The position numbers and the translations under genes were made by a program. Positions 25,506 to 37,042 of a stretch of 40,016 nucleotides of DNA are shown piece after piece (within the stretch, counting starts at the first letter, position 1; the number at the start of each line of letters is the position of its first letter). The notes beneath the pieces are model-generated. The model saw only the letters and a list, made by a program, of their open reading frames with translations, searched no databases and was not told the DNA's origin. Origin of the DNA: Sulfolobales archaeon (GTDB taxonomy: Archaea > Thermoproteota > Thermoprotei_A > Sulfolobales > Sulfolobaceae); contig JBBINF010000002.1 of assembly GCA_037444045.1 (NCBI GenBank), positions 1-40,016 of the forward strand, in the 5' to 3' direction.

Positions 25506-26545
25506 GGGTTGCGGCACTAGCAAGTCACTCTGCCCTTGACGTCTTCGACGGGGCTAAAGACGAAGGGTTTGAGACCATAGCTCTTTGTAAGAAGGGGAGG
25601 GAGAGGCCTTATAAGGAGTTCAAGGCTGTTGTGGACAAGTGCGTAATTCTCAACGACTTCAAGGAGATATACTCTGAGGAAGTCCAAAAGACGTTGATAG
25701 AGAGCGATGCTGTAGTAGTCCCTAACCGTAGTATGGCGGTTTATCTAGGTTACGATAACTTAGAGAGGATGAGGACTAAGTTCTTTGGAAACAAGTTCAT
25801 GTTAAGGTGGGAAGAAAGGCTCGGCGAGAAGAACTACTACAAGTTACTTGATGAGGCCAAAATAAGGAGGCCTAGGATTTACACTCCAGACAATATAGAC
25901 AGTCCGGTAATCGTCAAACTGCCTGAGGCAAAGAGAAGAGTAGAGAGAGGGTTCTTCTTTGCCAAGGACAAAGACGATTTCGACAACAAGCTCCATCAGC
26001 TCCTCAAGAGCAGAGTAATCGACGAGGAGAGCCTAAAGGACATGGTAATAGAGGAGTTTGTACTTGGCGCGTATTTTAACGTAAACTACTTCCACAGCGT
26101 CCTTTTCGATAGGACAGAGCTAATTAGCGTGGACAGAAGAATACAGAGCGACTGGGACTCCTTCTATAGGCTACCCGCAGACATCCAGCTTGAATTAAAC
26201 AGAACCCCGAGGCTCATAGAAGTAGGTCATGAACCAGCTACAATAAGGGAAAGCCTACTGGAAAAGGTATTTGAGATAGGCTACTCCTTTGTGGACGCCA
26301 CTAGGAAACTCCAGCCCCCTGGAATAATAGGCCCCTTTACCCTACAGCTAACCGTAACGCCGGATTTAGAACTCGTGGTCTTTGACGTTGCCCCTAGAAT
26401 AGGGGGTGGGACAAACGCCTATATGGGAATAGGCAGTCAGTATTCTAAGCTCTACTTTGGGAAGCCAATAAGCTTAGGTAGGAGAATAGCAATAGAGATA
26501 AAGACTGCAATAAATAACAATGAACTAGATAAAATTACTACATAA
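25502..26545 (+). CDS. purP: PurP-like paralogue (ATP-grasp)
   Basis: [50 protein letters not shown]; ATGA overlap with the first purP. Confidence 0.85.
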   Translation: MRVAALASHSALDVFDGAKDEGFETIALCKKGRERPYKEFKAVVDKCVILNDFKEIYSEEVQKTLIESDAVVVPNRSMAVYLGYDNLERMRTKFFGNKFMLRWEERLGEKNYYKLLDEAKIRRPRIYTPDNIDSPVIVKLPEAKRRVERGFFFAKDKDDFDNKLHQLLKSRVIDEESLKDMVIEEFVLGAYFNVNYFHSVLFDRTELISVDRRIQSDWDSFYRLPADIQLELNRTPRLIEVGHEPATIRESLLEKVFEIGYSFVDATRKLQPPGIIGPFTLQLTVTPDLELVVFDVAPRIGGGTNAYMGIGSQYSKLYFGKPISLGRRIAIEIKTAINNNELDKITT

Positions 26546-26630
26546 TTGCAATTATAAAACCATCGTTTTCTGGGACTGGCGATGCACCAATATCAAGAAC
26601 ATTTAACATTATAGATTCTTGTTGGATATT

Positions 26631-26659
26631 TTTTTATACGATAAGTCAAGATAAGTCAA
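26631..26659 (+). promoter_or_regulatory. purA TATA box followed by a 10-bp tandem direct repeat (GATAAGTCAA x2)
   Basis: TTTTTATA at 26631..26638; perfect repeat at 26640..26649 and 26650..26659; ATG at 26671. Confidence 0.5.
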
Positions 26660-26670
26660 AACGGTGTCTA

Positions 26671-27687
26671 ATGCTAAATATCCTTGTTGGAGGTTTTTAT
26701 GGAGACGAGGGCAAAGGTAAAGTAGCTTCTTACTTAGGTATTGCGGACTCACCTACTTACGCTGTTAGGACAGGCTCAATCAATGCAGGCCATACAGTAG
26801 TGTTCGGGGGTAGGAGCTGGAAAATTAGGATATTGCCCTCAGCCTTTGTAAATAATAAAACTAAGTTGGCCCTTGCCCCTGGGGCCCTAACGTCAATAGA
26901 GCAGCTATTCTACGAAATTCAGATAACAAATTCCGAGGGTAGAGTCGTTGTTGATCCACATGTAGGAATAATTACGAAAAAGGAGATAGATGACGAGAGA
27001 AACGACGAGAACTTAATGAAAGTTGTAGGGAGTACTGGTCAAGGTGTAGGTTACGCTGAAATGAGGAGAGTCCTCAGACTACTAAAGATTGCCAAGGACT
27101 ATAAGGAACTAGAGAGGTATTTAGGGAATGTACCCGATTTAATAATAGGCGAGTTGGAGAAAGGTAACCTAGTTTGGGTAGAAGGGACTCAGGGCACGTT
27201 CTTAAGCCTGTACCACGGAGAGTATCCTTATGTCACAAGTAGAAATAGCACGTCTTCTGGGGTTCTGAGCGAACTAGGAATAGGCCCAAAGTACGTAAAC
27301 GAAGTTCTTGTCGTATTTAAGGCCTATGTTACTAGGGTGGGTAACGGCTACCTAGAGGGAGAGATGAGCGAGGAGGAGGCAGCTAAGCTGGGGCTCCTAG
27401 AGATAGCCACAGTGACAGGGAGGAAAAGGAGGGTCGCTCCGTTTAACGTAAAATTAGCCAAGGAAGCTATAAGGATAAACTCAGCTACCCAAGTGGCCAT
27501 AACGAAGATAGACGCCCTATTTAAGGAAGCGTACAAGGTCAGGGAGTACGAGAAGTTGCCCCAGGAAGCGAAAAAGTGGATTGAGGAAATAGAGGCCGAA
27601 CTGAAGACTCCAGTAACCCTAATCGGCACAGGAGAAGACAGTCTGGATATGATTGACCTAAGGAAAGATAAAATAGGTGAGGCCTAA
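26671..27687 (+). CDS. purA: adenylosuccinate synthetase (short archaeal form)
   Basis: [39 protein letters not shown]. Confidence 0.97.
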   Translation: MLNILVGGFYGDEGKGKVASYLGIADSPTYAVRTGSINAGHTVVFGGRSWKIRILPSAFVNNKTKLALAPGALTSIEQLFYEIQITNSEGRVVVDPHVGIITKKEIDDERNDENLMKVVGSTGQGVGYAEMRRVLRLLKIAKDYKELERYLGNVPDLIIGELEKGNLVWVEGTQGTFLSLYHGEYPYVTSRNSTSSGVLSELGIGPKYVNEVLVVFKAYVTRVGNGYLEGEMSEEEAAKLGLLEIATVTGRKRRVAPFNVKLAKEAIRINSATQVAITKIDALFKEAYKVREYEKLPQEAKKWIEEIEAELKTPVTLIGTGEDSLDMIDLRKDKIGEA

Positions 27688-29087
27688 TGTACGACCTAGT
27701 TATTATTGGGGGAGGCCCCGCAGGGCTATTCGCAGCCTATGAGATAGCTAAGAACCTCAAAGACGGTAGCAACTACAACATAGTTCTAGTAGATAAGGGA
27801 GTTAGAGCGTCCAAGAGGAGTTGTCCGCTTCTCTCGCCCAAGGAAAAGTGCACCTTCTGTAACCCCTGCCACATAAATTACGGCATAGGAGGTGCGGGAA
27901 CGTTCAGCAGCGGTATAATAAATTTAAGGCCAGACATAGGCGGGGAGCTTCACGAAATCTTGAGAAGCTGGGACGCCGCTCAAGATCTCATAAACTACGT
28001 TGACGAGGTATTTGTACAATTTGGTGCACCTAAGGACAGGCTTTTCAGACCTAACATGGAGAAAGTTAAGGAAATACAAAAGAGGGCCGCTAAGGCAGGA
28101 GCCGAGTTCATACCCATAGTCCAGAGGCACATAGGAACCGACAAGAGTCCCGAAGTCATAGAAAACATAACCAACTTCGTAGAGAAGAAGGGGATAAAGA
28201 TCTCGGAGTTGACGGACGTTTACTCCATTGAGAAAAAGGGAGAGACGTTTAACTTGAAGACCAATAAGGGAGAAATGGAGAGCAAGCTCCTCTTAGTAGC
28301 GCCAGGCAGGTCTGGTGCAAAGTGGTTCTACGATCAAAGCAAGAGGCTCGGGATAGACATGGTGCCTGGACCCCTAGACATAGGGGTTAGGGTAGAGGTA
28401 GAGTCTTTCGTCATGGAGGAACTAACATCGGCCGTATGGGATCCAAAAATAGTACTTTACACCAGGAAATACGACGACAAGGTGAGGACCTTCTGTGTAA
28501 ATCCCAGAGGCTTCATAATGAAGGAGGTGTACGACGATGGAACTATAGGAGTTAACGGAGAAACCTACGTGGACAAGAAGAGTAACAATACTAACTTTGC
28601 CTTCCTGGCTACCATAAAACTTTCCGACCCACTAGAGGACACGATAGAATACGGCAAGAGCATCGCAAGGCTTATGACTAGGCTAGGAGGAGAGAAGCCA
28701 ATTCTACAGAGACTCATTGACTTTGAAAAGGGGAGGAGGAGCACTTGGGAAAGGATAAGCAGGTCTACTGTGAAGCCAACCCTAAAGGACGTAACTCCAG
28801 GAGACATAAGCATGGGACTTCCGTACAGAGTAGTGTCGGACCTCATAGAGGGGCTTGAGAGACTTGACAATATTGCCTCGGGACTGTATTCCTCGAACAC
28901 TCTCCTTTACGCGCCAGAAATTAAATACTACAGCATGAAGGCAGTTGTTGACAGAAACATGGAAACTGTTGTAGACAACTTATACGTCGCAGGAGACGGC
29001 GTAGGGCTGTCAAGAGGCATAAACGTAGCAGCAGCTACAGGAGTATTGGCAGCGCGCGGGATCCTGGCCAAGTTAGGAATCGGATAA
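27687..29087 (+). CDS. FAD-dependent oxidoreductase with a Cys cluster (uncharacterised family)
   Basis: GGGPAG Rossmann motif, CP-x7-CxxCxx[27 protein letters not shown]; TAATG overlap with purA. Confidence 0.85.
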   Translation: MYDLVIIGGGPAGLFAAYEIAKNLKDGSNYNIVLVDKGVRASKRSCPLLSPKEKCTFCNPCHINYGIGGAGTFSSGIINLRPDIGGELHEILRSWDAAQDLINYVDEVFVQFGAPKDRLFRPNMEKVKEIQKRAAKAGAEFIPIVQRHIGTDKSPEVIENITNFVEKKGIKISELTDVYSIEKKGETFNLKTNKGEMESKLLLVAPGRSGAKWFYDQSKRLGIDMVPGPLDIGVRVEVESFVMEELTSAVWDPKIVLYTRKYDDKVRTFCVNPRGFIMKEVYDDGTIGVNGETYVDKKSNNTNFAFLATIKLSDPLEDTIEYGKSIARLMTRLGGEKPILQRLIDFEKGRRSTWERISRSTVKPTLKDVTPGDISMGLPYRVVSDLIEGLERLDNIASGLYSSNTLLYAPEIKYYSMKAVVDRNMETVVDNLYVAGDGVGLSRGINVAAATGVLAARGILAKLGIG

Positions 29088-29105
29088 ACGTTTTTATTTG
29101 TGTAA

Positions 29106-30086
29106 ATGACTCTTAATCGTATGGAGATTCCGGAGCGCGATAAACTCTTACTTATGGAATTGGAGTACAATTTCCCTGAGGATCCTAGACCCTTTGAGAA
29201 GATTGGGTCAAGACTAGGAATGACAGAGCAGCAAGTAATTGATAAGGTAAAAGAATACATTGATAAGGAAGTGATAAAGCGCGTAGGAATGTACGTCAAT
29301 TTTAGGTCGAAGGGAATGGAAGGGGCTCTTGTGGCGGCTGATATTCCGTTGGAAAACCTTGAGAAGTACAGGAAGATGGCTTTGGGTATTAGGGAACTCA
29401 CTCACAATTTCGTCAGAAACCACCCTAGATACAACGTGTGGTACGTTATAAAGGCAGAATCGAGGGAGGCTCTAGACAGGAAGATAGAGAACTTGATGCA
29501 GGAGGTAAACGCCAGAGACTACGTTATCTTGTACTCAAAGAAGAACCTAAAGCTCAGCGTTAAATACGATATCATCAGGGGGATATCTTGGAGTAAACCC
29601 GAGGGAATACCAGACAAGGTGCCTACAGCTGAAGACCTAGGCTTAAACAGGGAACTGTTAAAGGCAATGTCTATCCCACTTCCCATAACGAGTAGGCCTT
29701 TTTACGAAATATCTCAAAAGTTTGGATATAAAGAGGAAGAGTTAGTAGATCTAATAAGGCAACTGAGAAAATTACACGTAATTAAAGACTACGGAGCTAC
29801 CTTAAACGGAGAGAAAGTGGGCATAACCGAAAATGCCATGCTACTTATAACCACAGATAAAATAGAAGAGTCGTGCATGCAGATTGCCGAGAAACTTTAC
29901 GAGGCTACCCACGTAGTGCTGAGGGAGAGCAACAAGCCTTGGGATTACTTATGCTATTGTATGCTTCACGGCAAGGACAAAAACGTAATAATGGAAGCTG
30001 CCAAAAACGCTATCCAGTTAACTAATGCAGATAGTTATATGTTGCTATACAGCACTGAAAACCTGAAACCTGGCATAGTCATGTGA
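29106..30086 (+). CDS. fused siroheme decarboxylase AhbA/AhbB (Lrp/AsnC-like, two repeats)
   Basis: Two P-x-x-x-RPF HTH repeats; [12 protein letters not shown] in the first half and THVVLRE...Y..YCMLHG in the second; the start may be 29121. Confidence 0.75.
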   Translation: MTLNRMEIPERDKLLLMELEYNFPEDPRPFEKIGSRLGMTEQQVIDKVKEYIDKEVIKRVGMYVNFRSKGMEGALVAADIPLENLEKYRKMALGIRELTHNFVRNHPRYNVWYVIKAESREALDRKIENLMQEVNARDYVILYSKKNLKLSVKYDIIRGISWSKPEGIPDKVPTAEDLGLNRELLKAMSIPLPITSRPFYEISQKFGYKEEELVDLIRQLRKLHVIKDYGATLNGEKVGITENAMLLITTDKIEESCMQIAEKLYEATHVVLRESNKPWDYLCYCMLHGKDKNVIMEAAKNAIQLTNADSYMLLYSTENLKPGIVM

Positions 30087-30857
30087 GCTTTTTGTAAGTT
30101 CCCTTGTTTTTGAGCTCTTGAACCACCTTTCTGATTTCCTTTTCGAGAGTTAATACGTTAATCTTGTTCTCAAACTCTAGGTAGAAGTAGTAATGCCACG
30201 GAGTACTCCTTATAGGCCTAGAGTAAATCATGGTTAAGTTAATGTTGTTCTTGTAGAACTTCTCGAGTACCTTATAAAGGCTACCAGGCTCATCTGGGAT
30301 CGTAAACATGAATATTCCCCTCTCCCCGTAGGCGTAGAACCTCTTAGATATGACCACAAATTTCGTTATGTTAACTCCGTCTTGTACTCTATCGTAGAGC
30401 ACGTTTAAGCCATATAGATTAGCTGCAAACTTGGAACATATTGCTGCTGACTCTAAGTCGTTCAGCGCCATGAGAGCTGCCTTAGACGTGCTTTCAACTG
30501 GTATAAACTCCTTTATCCCTAGTCTCTCAAGGGTGTTCTTGGCCTCTCTTATAGCTTGAACATGTGAGTAGACTCTCTTTACCTTACTTATCTCCGACTT
30601 TGACGCTAATACTAGGTCTACCGGTATTTCAACTGAGTAAAGTACGTATATTCTGTCGTACTGAAATAAATTATCTAGAGTCTCGTTAACTGGACCCTCT
30701 AACGTGTTCTCTATAGGTACTACCCCTAGGTTGTTCTCGCCTTCGTCTACTTTTCTAAATATCTCGCTAATAGTTGATAGGGGAACCAGATTTCCTCCTA
30801 ATAAACTAGCCGCCTGGTGCGAAAAACTGCCTTCCGGGCCTAGATAATAAATTCCAT
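30079..30857 (-). CDS. pheA: prephenate dehydratase (PDT + ACT) with a frame discontinuity at the 5' end
   Basis: Frame open from 30858 to 30079: [56 protein letters not shown]. No in-frame ATG/GTG/TTG before 30471; the nearest ATG (30857) is one base out of frame. Confidence 0.9.
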
Positions 30858-30948
30858 CTTATCACTCTCGAACTATTAACAAACTTGTCCACTTTTAAGC
30901 ATTGCTCAAGTGTTAGGCGATTTGAAAAATCTCAATCTATTGGAAGGG

Positions 30949-32163
30949 CTATTCTATGATCTTGGCCTCTATTCCCTCCTTTGCCAACCCGTATATTAGC
31001 GTACTTAAGTCTTCAGCGCTGGCTACTTCGAACATTACGTAAATTTTAGTGTAACCAGGCGGGACATCACTGCTTACCCTATCGTGCACGACGTCCCTAA
31101 TGTTCCCTCTTATTTTAGTTACATAAGTTAGTACTTTGTTTAGGTACCCGGGCTTATCTGGGACTATGACTCTAATCTTAACTATTCTCTTGGTCTTATA
31201 CAACATCTTATCTATCACTTGCGTCATTAGAGATAAGTCAATGTTACCTCCACTCAATATGGGGACTACCTTCCTCCCAGCGGGAACCTTGACCTTTCCA
31301 GACAATAGCGCTGCCAGACTTGAAGCGCCTGCCCCTTCCACCAGCGTCTTGTTCCTCTCTAGCAGGAGAACTATAGCGTTAGATATCTCCTCATCGTCCA
31401 CTAGAACTATATCGTCCACGAGCTCTGATATGAACTCGAACGTGAGCTTCGAGGGCGACTTCACAAGTATCCCGTCAGCTATCGAAAAGGACGGCTCTAC
31501 TTCCACCAACCTTGAAAGTTCCTTGGAGATCTTTAAGGACGGAGATGCAACGGACTGGACTCCAATTATCTTAACGTCCCTGTACCTAGCCTTTAAGGCT
31601 ATACTTATCCCAGATATGAGACCTCCTCCGCCTATCGGAACTATAACGTAATCTGGTTTTGCTCCGTAAAGCTCAACTCCTAAAGTCCCTTGTCCCAAGA
31701 TAACGTCGATGTCGTCATATGGGTGGACTAAAGTGGCCCCCGTGTCTCTTATAATTTCTTGCGCCTTCTCCATGCTTTCGTGGATATACCTCCCATAGAG
31801 TACGACGTCAGCCCCGTAGCTCTTCGTCGCTAAGTACTTGGAAACAGGGGCGGTTTCGGGCATAACCACCGTTGACTTTATTCCTAGCTTACCAGCTGCG
31901 TAAGCGACCCCTTGTGCGTGGTTCCCAGCTGATACCGCTATAACCCCTCTCTTTTTCTCGTCATCGGATAAAGACATCAACTTGCTAAAGGCTCCCCTCA
32001 CCTTAAACGATCCAGTCTTCTGTAAGTTTTCCATCTTTAGATACACTTCAGCATTACTCATCCTGGAAAAAGTGGTGGAATAGTCTAAGGGTGTCTCATG
32101 AATATATTGTGATATTGTTTCCCTAATCTTAAGGATTTTTTCTTGGTACTGATCTAGATTCAT
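30949..32163 (-). CDS. ilvA: threonine ammonia-lyase with C-terminal ACT domain
   Basis: [16 protein letters not shown] (PLP Lys), [27 protein letters not shown]. Confidence 0.95.
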   Translation of the reverse strand: MNLDQYQEKILKIRETISQYIHETPLDYSTTFSRMSNAEVYLKMENLQKTGSFKVRGAFSKLMSLSDDEKKRGVIAVSAGNHAQGVAYAAGKLGIKSTVVMPETAPVSKYLATKSYGADVVLYGRYIHESMEKAQEIIRDTGATLVHPYDDIDVILGQGTLGVELYGAKPDYVIVPIGGGGLISGISIALKARYRDVKIIGVQSVASPSLKISKELSRLVEVEPSFSIADGILVKSPSKLTFEFISELVDDIVLVDDEEISNAIVLLLERNKTLVEGAGASSLAALLSGKVKVPAGRKVVPILSGGNIDLSLMTQVIDKMLYKTKRIVKIRVIVPDKPGYLNKVLTYVTKIRGNIRDVVHDRVSSDVPPGYTKIYVMFEVASAEDLSTLIYGLAKEGIEAKIIE

Positions 32164-32174
32164 TGAGGGAACCC

Positions 32175-32666
32175 TTAAACTTCTTTGAACGCCTTAGAGA
32201 TCTTTTCGTAAGTGTTGTCCAGTGTTTCTGAGATCACCTTAGTGCTTGAGATAACCGGCATGAAATTGGAGTCACCGTTCCATCTGGGGACTACGTGGAC
32301 GTGGATGTGCGACTCGACGCCAGCCCCTGCTGTCCTCCCTATGTTCATACCTATGTTAAAACCCTCTGGGCTGTATACCTTTTTTAGAACTAGGACAGAC
32401 TTCTTAACAAGGCTAAACAACTCCTTGGACTCGTCCTCTTCTAGAAGTTCTATGGAAGATATATGCCTATAGGGCACTACCATTACGTGACCAGGGTTGT
32501 AGGGAAATTTGTTTAGGATAACGTATGCCTTGTCCCCCCTGTAAACCACCAGGTTCTCCTTATCGTTTTTATCTTTTATTGCATCACAAAATATGCAAGA
32601 GCTCTGCTTATTTTTTGACGCGTTGGATACGTAAGCTGCCCTCCAAGGAGCCCACAGGATTTTCAT
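32175..32666 (-). CDS. HIT-family nucleotide hydrolase/phosphorylase
   Basis: [37 protein letters not shown]. Confidence 0.93.
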   Translation of the reverse strand: MKILWAPWRAAYVSNASKNKQSSCIFCDAIKDKNDKENLVVYRGDKAYVILNKFPYNPGHVMVVPYRHISSIELLEEDESKELFSLVKKSVLVLKKVYSPEGFNIGMNIGRTAGAGVESHIHVHVVPRWNGDSNFMPVISSTKVISETLDNTYEKISKAFKEV

Positions 32667-32699
32667 ATCGAGATATTTTAGCGAGAAATTAAAATAGCT

Positions 32700-33683
32700 T
32701 TAGTCCTCGGCGTCCCTAATGCCTTCCTCAGTTATCGCAAACACTACCTCTCCTTCCGGTAGATGAGGTGCATCGACTACTCTCGCTATCCTCCTGTTTC
32801 CTCTGCTCTTCTTCACTTGAACCCTTATACCGGGAGTGTGGTATAGAGTATGTCCTCCTACTGCCACTGTAGGGTCTCCGTAGAACATATCTGGCCTAGC
32901 CATCACTTGGTTTGTCACTACCACCGCTAGGTCATATACCTCTGCAATCCTCGTTAGCTGATGTAAGTGTCTGTTTAGCTTCTGCTGCCTTACAGCCAAG
33001 TTCTCCCTTCCTGCATACTCTGCTCTGAAGTGGGAGGTGACCGAGTCCACTATTACTAGCTTTATTGCTGGATCCTTGCTTATTAGCTCCTGCAGGTCGT
33101 CAACTATGGCCATTTGGTGATCAGTGTTTATCGCCCTCATGTAGTAGATGTTATTCATTACTGTGTCGGGATCTAACCCTTGGGCCTTCGCCATTGCCTC
33201 TATTCTTTCCCACCTAAAAGTTCCCTCGGTGTCAATGTAAACCGCCTTTCCCGCTAACCCTCCCTTCTCTAAGGGAAGCTGAACGTTTACCGATATCTGA
33301 TGGCATATCTGAGTCTTACCGGAGCCGAACTCGCCGAAGAACTCAGTCATAGTCCTTGTCTCTATTCCCCCTCCGAGTAAGCCGTCTAGCGCTTGACTAC
33401 TGGTGGTTATTTTCTTTACGTTTGCCCTTTCCTTCTTAACCTCTAGGGCAGTCTTGAACCTTATATCCAACGCGTCCCTAGCTTCTTTTATCAGCTTCTG
33501 AGCTGTTGTTAGCGGTATTCCAACTGCAGTGCTCAAATCCTGCGGTGAGGCAACGGCTATTGACTCGAGCGTGGTATAACCTGAGTCCATAAGTTTGTTG
33601 AGTATTGCCTGTCCTACGCCTGGCAGGTCACTGACGCTTTTGACCTTCTTTTTCTCTTCTAATTGATCTGCCACTTTTTCCAC
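32700..33683 (-). CDS. radA: DNA repair and recombination protein RadA
   Basis: HhH DLPGVG, FKTA polymerisation motif, [22 protein letters not shown]; no intein. Confidence 0.98.
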   Translation of the reverse strand: MEKVADQLEEKKKVKSVSDLPGVGQAILNKLMDSGYTTLESIAVASPQDLSTAVGIPLTTAQKLIKEARDALDIRFKTALEVKKERANVKKITTSSQALDGLLGGGIETRTMTEFFGEFGSGKTQICHQISVNVQLPLEKGGLAGKAVYIDTEGTFRWERIEAMAKAQGLDPDTVMNNIYYMRAINTDHQMAIVDDLQELISKDPAIKLVIVDSVTSHFRAEYAGRENLAVRQQKLNRHLHQLTRIAEVYDLAVVVTNQVMARPDMFYGDPTVAVGGHTLYHTPGIRVQVKKSRGNRRIARVVDAPHLPEGEVVFAITEEGIRDAED

Positions 33684-33722
33684 CTTCTAAACCTAATCCT
33701 TTGGTTTTCCTATTTTTATATT

Positions 33723-34235
33723 TTATCCACCCCTCCTTAAATACCATCCTATCTCTTTCTCTGGTATTATCCTGGTTCCCCTCTTGGACGTAGTTAGCCT
33801 AACAAAGCCCAGAAACTCCCCGTATCTAGAGACCAGAATACCGGAAGTGAAATCGAACCTCTCCTTGACCGTTACTTCCTTTCCATAGAGGACTTTTTGG
33901 ACTAAAGGATCTGGCAGTATTACCTTATTCTTGCAATGCTTAACCATGAAGTTGCCCATGTTAAGCTGGGGATACGCTTTGCTGCCCTTGATCTTCAGTA
34001 TTGACACACCAACGAACTCCACCTTTAGACCTAGATTGAGTAAGTTCGGTAGAAGAGCTGAATTTGCTGTGATAAATACTTGGGAGAATTTACCTCCTTC
34101 AGTTTTTACCAGTACGTAATCCCCAAATAGATCGCGTGGAAAACTACAGTTATAGCGTAGGGCTATGGCTTCAAGGTAAGGCCATACCTCCTCTCTACCT
34201 ATTACCTCATATCTAACTACTTTTTCAGGTGACAA
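33723..34235 (-). CDS. NIP7/PUA-like RNA-binding protein associated with the NOP2/Sun methyltransferase
   Basis: KVLYGKEV...GEFLGF...[11 protein letters not shown]-terminus typical of archaeal NIP7-like proteins; overlaps the end of the methyltransferase. Confidence 0.6.
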   Translation of the reverse strand: MSPEKVVRYEVIGREEVWPYLEAIALRYNCSFPRDLFGDYVLVKTEGGKFSQVFITANSALLPNLLNLGLKVEFVGVSILKIKGSKAYPQLNMGNFMVKHCKNKVILPDPLVQKVLYGKEVTVKERFDFTSGILVSRYGEFLGFVRLTTSKRGTRIIPEKEIGWYLRRGG

Positions 34236-35221
34236 ACGAAGAACCCCTCTGTTCCGTGGTAGTGGGGGTAAAACCTAATGCAGTTTTCAACGTCCTTTGA
34301 GAACTCAACGCCGTTAAACTTGGTTAACCCCTTTGAAGAGGGATATCCATCTATTGGTATCACCTTCATCCCTAGCTCTTCAACCGCGTAGTTTACCACG
34401 AACTCGTCTTCCTCTGGAGCTATGCTACAAGTGGAGTAGACTAGCTCTCCCCCTTCTTCCAATAGGTTATACGCCGTGTTAATTAGCTCTAGTTGTGTTA
34501 AGCTGAAATTATACAGATCCTCTGGCCGAGTCTTTGTTCTCCTAGTAGGGTCTTTGGAAATTATCCCTTCCCCTGAACACGGGGCGTCTAAAAGTACCTT
34601 GTTAAACCTAAGGTTATAATTTGCAAGATCCCTAGAGTCCATGTTAAGGACTATGACGTTTAGTGCACCTAGCCTATTTACGTTAGAAACGAGCGACCTT
34701 ATCCTAGGCTTTTTCTTCTCAACTGCCACTATTAGTCCTTTATTTCTCATTAATTGGGACATTTGAGTAGTCTTTCCGCCAGGGGAGGAGGCCATGTCCA
34801 ATACCACGTCACCTTCCTTGGGGTTCAGCACCTCTGCGGGGACCATTGACGCCAGCCCTTGGATGTGGTAATAGCCCAGCATGTACTCTAAAGTAGCTCC
34901 AAGGGACGGCTTTGGTGGGCTCGCCTTAATTACGTATCCGAACTTAAGCCAGCTCACTTTTTCCAGTGTAAACCCCTTCCCTTCAAGCCTCTCTACCAGT
35001 TCATCGCATTCTATCTTGAGCGTATTACACCTTATAGACTTCTGGAGGGGGAAACTACATGACTCTAAGAACTCCTCTGTTGAGTCTTTGAACATGTCTA
35101 TATACCTTTCAATTATGTAGTCAAGAAATCCGTACTTTCTCGCAAGTGATTGGGCCCTAGCAGTTACAGAATACCTAAATAAGTCTTTATACCTTAAAAT
35201 GTAGTCTTCAATAGTACCCAT
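34217..35221 (-). CDS. NOL1/NOP2/Sun (RsmB/F) family RNA m5C methyltransferase
   Basis: [38 protein letters not shown]; ATG 35221 preferred. Confidence 0.95.
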   Translation of the reverse strand: MGTIEDYILRYKDLFRYSVTARAQSLARKYGFLDYIIERYIDMFKDSTEEFLESCSFPLQKSIRCNTLKIECDELVERLEGKGFTLEKVSWLKFGYVIKASPPKPSLGATLEYMLGYYHIQGLASMVPAEVLNPKEGDVVLDMASSPGGKTTQMSQLMRNKGLIVAVEKKKPRIRSLVSNVNRLGALNVIVLNMDSRDLANYNLRFNKVLLDAPCSGEGIISKDPTRRTKTRPEDLYNFSLTQLELINTAYNLLEEGGELVYSTCSIAPEEDEFVVNYAVEELGMKVIPIDGYPSSKGLTKFNGVEFSKDVENCIRFYPHYHGTEGFFVCHLKK

Positions 35222-35222
35222 A

Positions 35223-35780
35223 ATGCCAAGTGTAATAGAGAGAGAAGTAAAATTAAAGCTTAAGAACGCCTCTGTCGATAAACTCAAGGAAAATTTACTT
35301 AAAGATGGGATGAAATTCGAGGGGGAGGAAAGGCAGGTCGACGTTTACTTTAACTCCACGTATAGGGACTTCAGAAAGACCGACGAAGCTCTGAGGATAA
35401 GGGAGATTAACGGGGAGATAGAGCTCACGTATAAGGGACCTAAGATCTCGACGAGAAGTAAGTCCAGAGAGGAGATAACAGTAAAGATAAACGATAAGGA
35501 CGCTATGACTACAATCCTAGAAAGACTCGGCTTCAAGCCAGTAGCTACGTTAAAAAAGTTGAGGTACTCGTTCTCTGCTGGAAAATTCACGATCTGCCTA
35601 GACAAGGTAGAAGGTCTCGGGGACTTTGTGGAGGTAGAGGGAATTAACGCAGAGGAGGACGAACTTCTCAATTTCGTCAAGGAGTTCACTGCAAAGTACG
35701 GTATACTCGCTGATCAAGAGAGGAAGTCATACCTAGAATTGCTGGTGGAGAAACTTGAGGCAAATAGCGATTCTGACTGA
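35223..35780 (+). CDS. cyaB: CYTH / triphosphate tunnel metalloenzyme (often annotated class IV adenylate cyclase)
   Basis: EREVK (ExExK), [30 protein letters not shown]. Confidence 0.9.
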   Translation: MPSVIEREVKLKLKNASVDKLKENLLKDGMKFEGEERQVDVYFNSTYRDFRKTDEALRIREINGEIELTYKGPKISTRSKSREEITVKINDKDAMTTILERLGFKPVATLKKLRYSFSAGKFTICLDKVEGLGDFVEVEGINAEEDELLNFVKEFTAKYGILADQERKSYLELLVEKLEANSDSD

Positions 35781-36558
35781 CTTCGGCATTTCTGACAACT
35801 ATAACGGAGTAATGGAGGCAGTAATAAGGAAGATAAACCCAGAGGTCACAATAACGTATATAACTCCAAACGCCAGGAACTTTGACGTAACCTCAGGGGC
35901 TTACTTGCTCTACACTTCGTATAGGTACTTTCCGAGGAACACTATTTTCTTAGTAGTTGTGGACCCTGGGGTTGGAACTTCAAGAAGGGCCTTGATAGTG
36001 AAGACAAACAAATACGTGTTTGTGGGCCCAGACAACGGTGTACTGTACCCTACAATTACTGAAGACGGGATCAGAAAGGTCATTAGTATTTCCAATCGCA
36101 GGCTATACTTATCTAAGCGGGTATCTTACACTTTTCACGGGAGGGATATATTCTCAGCTGCCTCCGCTTTCATCTCCCTAGGCGTTGATATATCAATCTT
36201 TGGCGAAGAGGTGAACCCCGAGAGCCTGGCCAAACTGGAGTTTACCCAGGAAGAGAAAGGTAACTTATTATGTGGCAGAGTCATTTACGTAGACCACTTT
36301 GGCAACGTAGCTACTAGTATAAGGGGAGAAATCCCCGAAATAAAAAGCGTGACAATAAAGGGGAGAAAGTTTAACGGCAGGAAAGTGAATACGTTTGGGG
36401 AAGGAAGACCGGGAGAACTTCTAGTCTACACTAACAGTTACGGATTTCTCGAGATGGGAATTAATAAAGGCTCGGCTTCACAATTCACTGGGGCCGAAAC
36501 AGGTGACGATATTTGCGTAGAGCTCTATACCCGGGAAGATTCCAGCCGTTCCACTTAG
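35755..36558 (+). CDS. SAM hydroxide adenosyltransferase (DUF62, SAM hydrolase)
   Basis: [36 protein letters not shown]. Confidence 0.9.
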   Translation: MRQIAILTDFGISDNYNGVMEAVIRKINPEVTITYITPNARNFDVTSGAYLLYTSYRYFPRNTIFLVVVDPGVGTSRRALIVKTNKYVFVGPDNGVLYPTITEDGIRKVISISNRRLYLSKRVSYTFHGRDIFSAASAFISLGVDISIFGEEVNPESLAKLEFTQEEKGNLLCGRVIYVDHFGNVATSIRGEIPEIKSVTIKGRKFNGRKVNTFGEGRPGELLVYTNSYGFLEMGINKGSASQFTGAETGDDICVELYTREDSSRST

Positions 36559-37037
36559 GTCACTTGGAAGTGGTCAAGTGGACTTTGCAAAAGGTAGACC
36601 AAATTATTATCCTAATAGGGAGCTCACAGGAGAGTCACACCCTCTCTAATCCATTTACAGCTGGAGAAAGGGTAGAGATGATAAGGTATGCGTTAGACGA
36701 GGAGAGGATAGAGCCCTCTAGGTACTTTCTGATCCCAGTACCAGACATCATGATGAACAGCGTATGGGCGTATCACGTTAAGACTTACGTCCCGTCTTTT
36801 GACCTAGTCGTTGCTAGGAACCCACTAGTAATAAGGCTATTCAAGGAGGCCAACGTGGAAGTAGTGGAACCGCCGATGTTCTACAGGGAGAAGTACAACT
36901 CCACTGTCATAAGAGAGATGATGATTAGCGGAGAAGACTGGGGAAAACTTGTGCCTAAGAGTGTTTACAGTTTCATAAAAAGTATAAAAGGAGATGATAG
37001 ATTAAGAGAAATAGTAGGGACAGACAAAAAGAGGTAA
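36513..37037 (+). CDS. nadM: nicotinamide-nucleotide adenylyltransferase
   Basis: [32 protein letters not shown]. Confidence 0.95.
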   Translation: MRRALYPGRFQPFHLGHLEVVKWTLQKVDQIIILIGSSQESHTLSNPFTAGERVEMIRYALDEERIEPSRYFLIPVPDIMMNSVWAYHVKTYVPSFDLVVARNPLVIRLFKEANVEVVEPPMFYREKYNSTVIREMMISGEDWGKLVPKSVYSFIKSIKGDDRLREIVGTDKKR

Positions 37038-37042
37038 GAGAG

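Noticed and set aside
29106-30086. Lrp/AsnC transcription regulator call
   Set aside because: The double length and His-x3-Arg motifs in both halves fit fused AhbAB siroheme decarboxylase better
30079-30471. Stand-alone 130-aa ACT-domain protein as given by the ORF track
   Set aside because: The same frame continues without stops to 30858 and encodes the whole PDT catalytic domain
35755-36558. SAM-dependent fluorinase/chlorinase
   Set aside because: The TFHGRD motif with VDPGVG..RR indicates the common DUF62 SAM hydrolase rather than a halogenase
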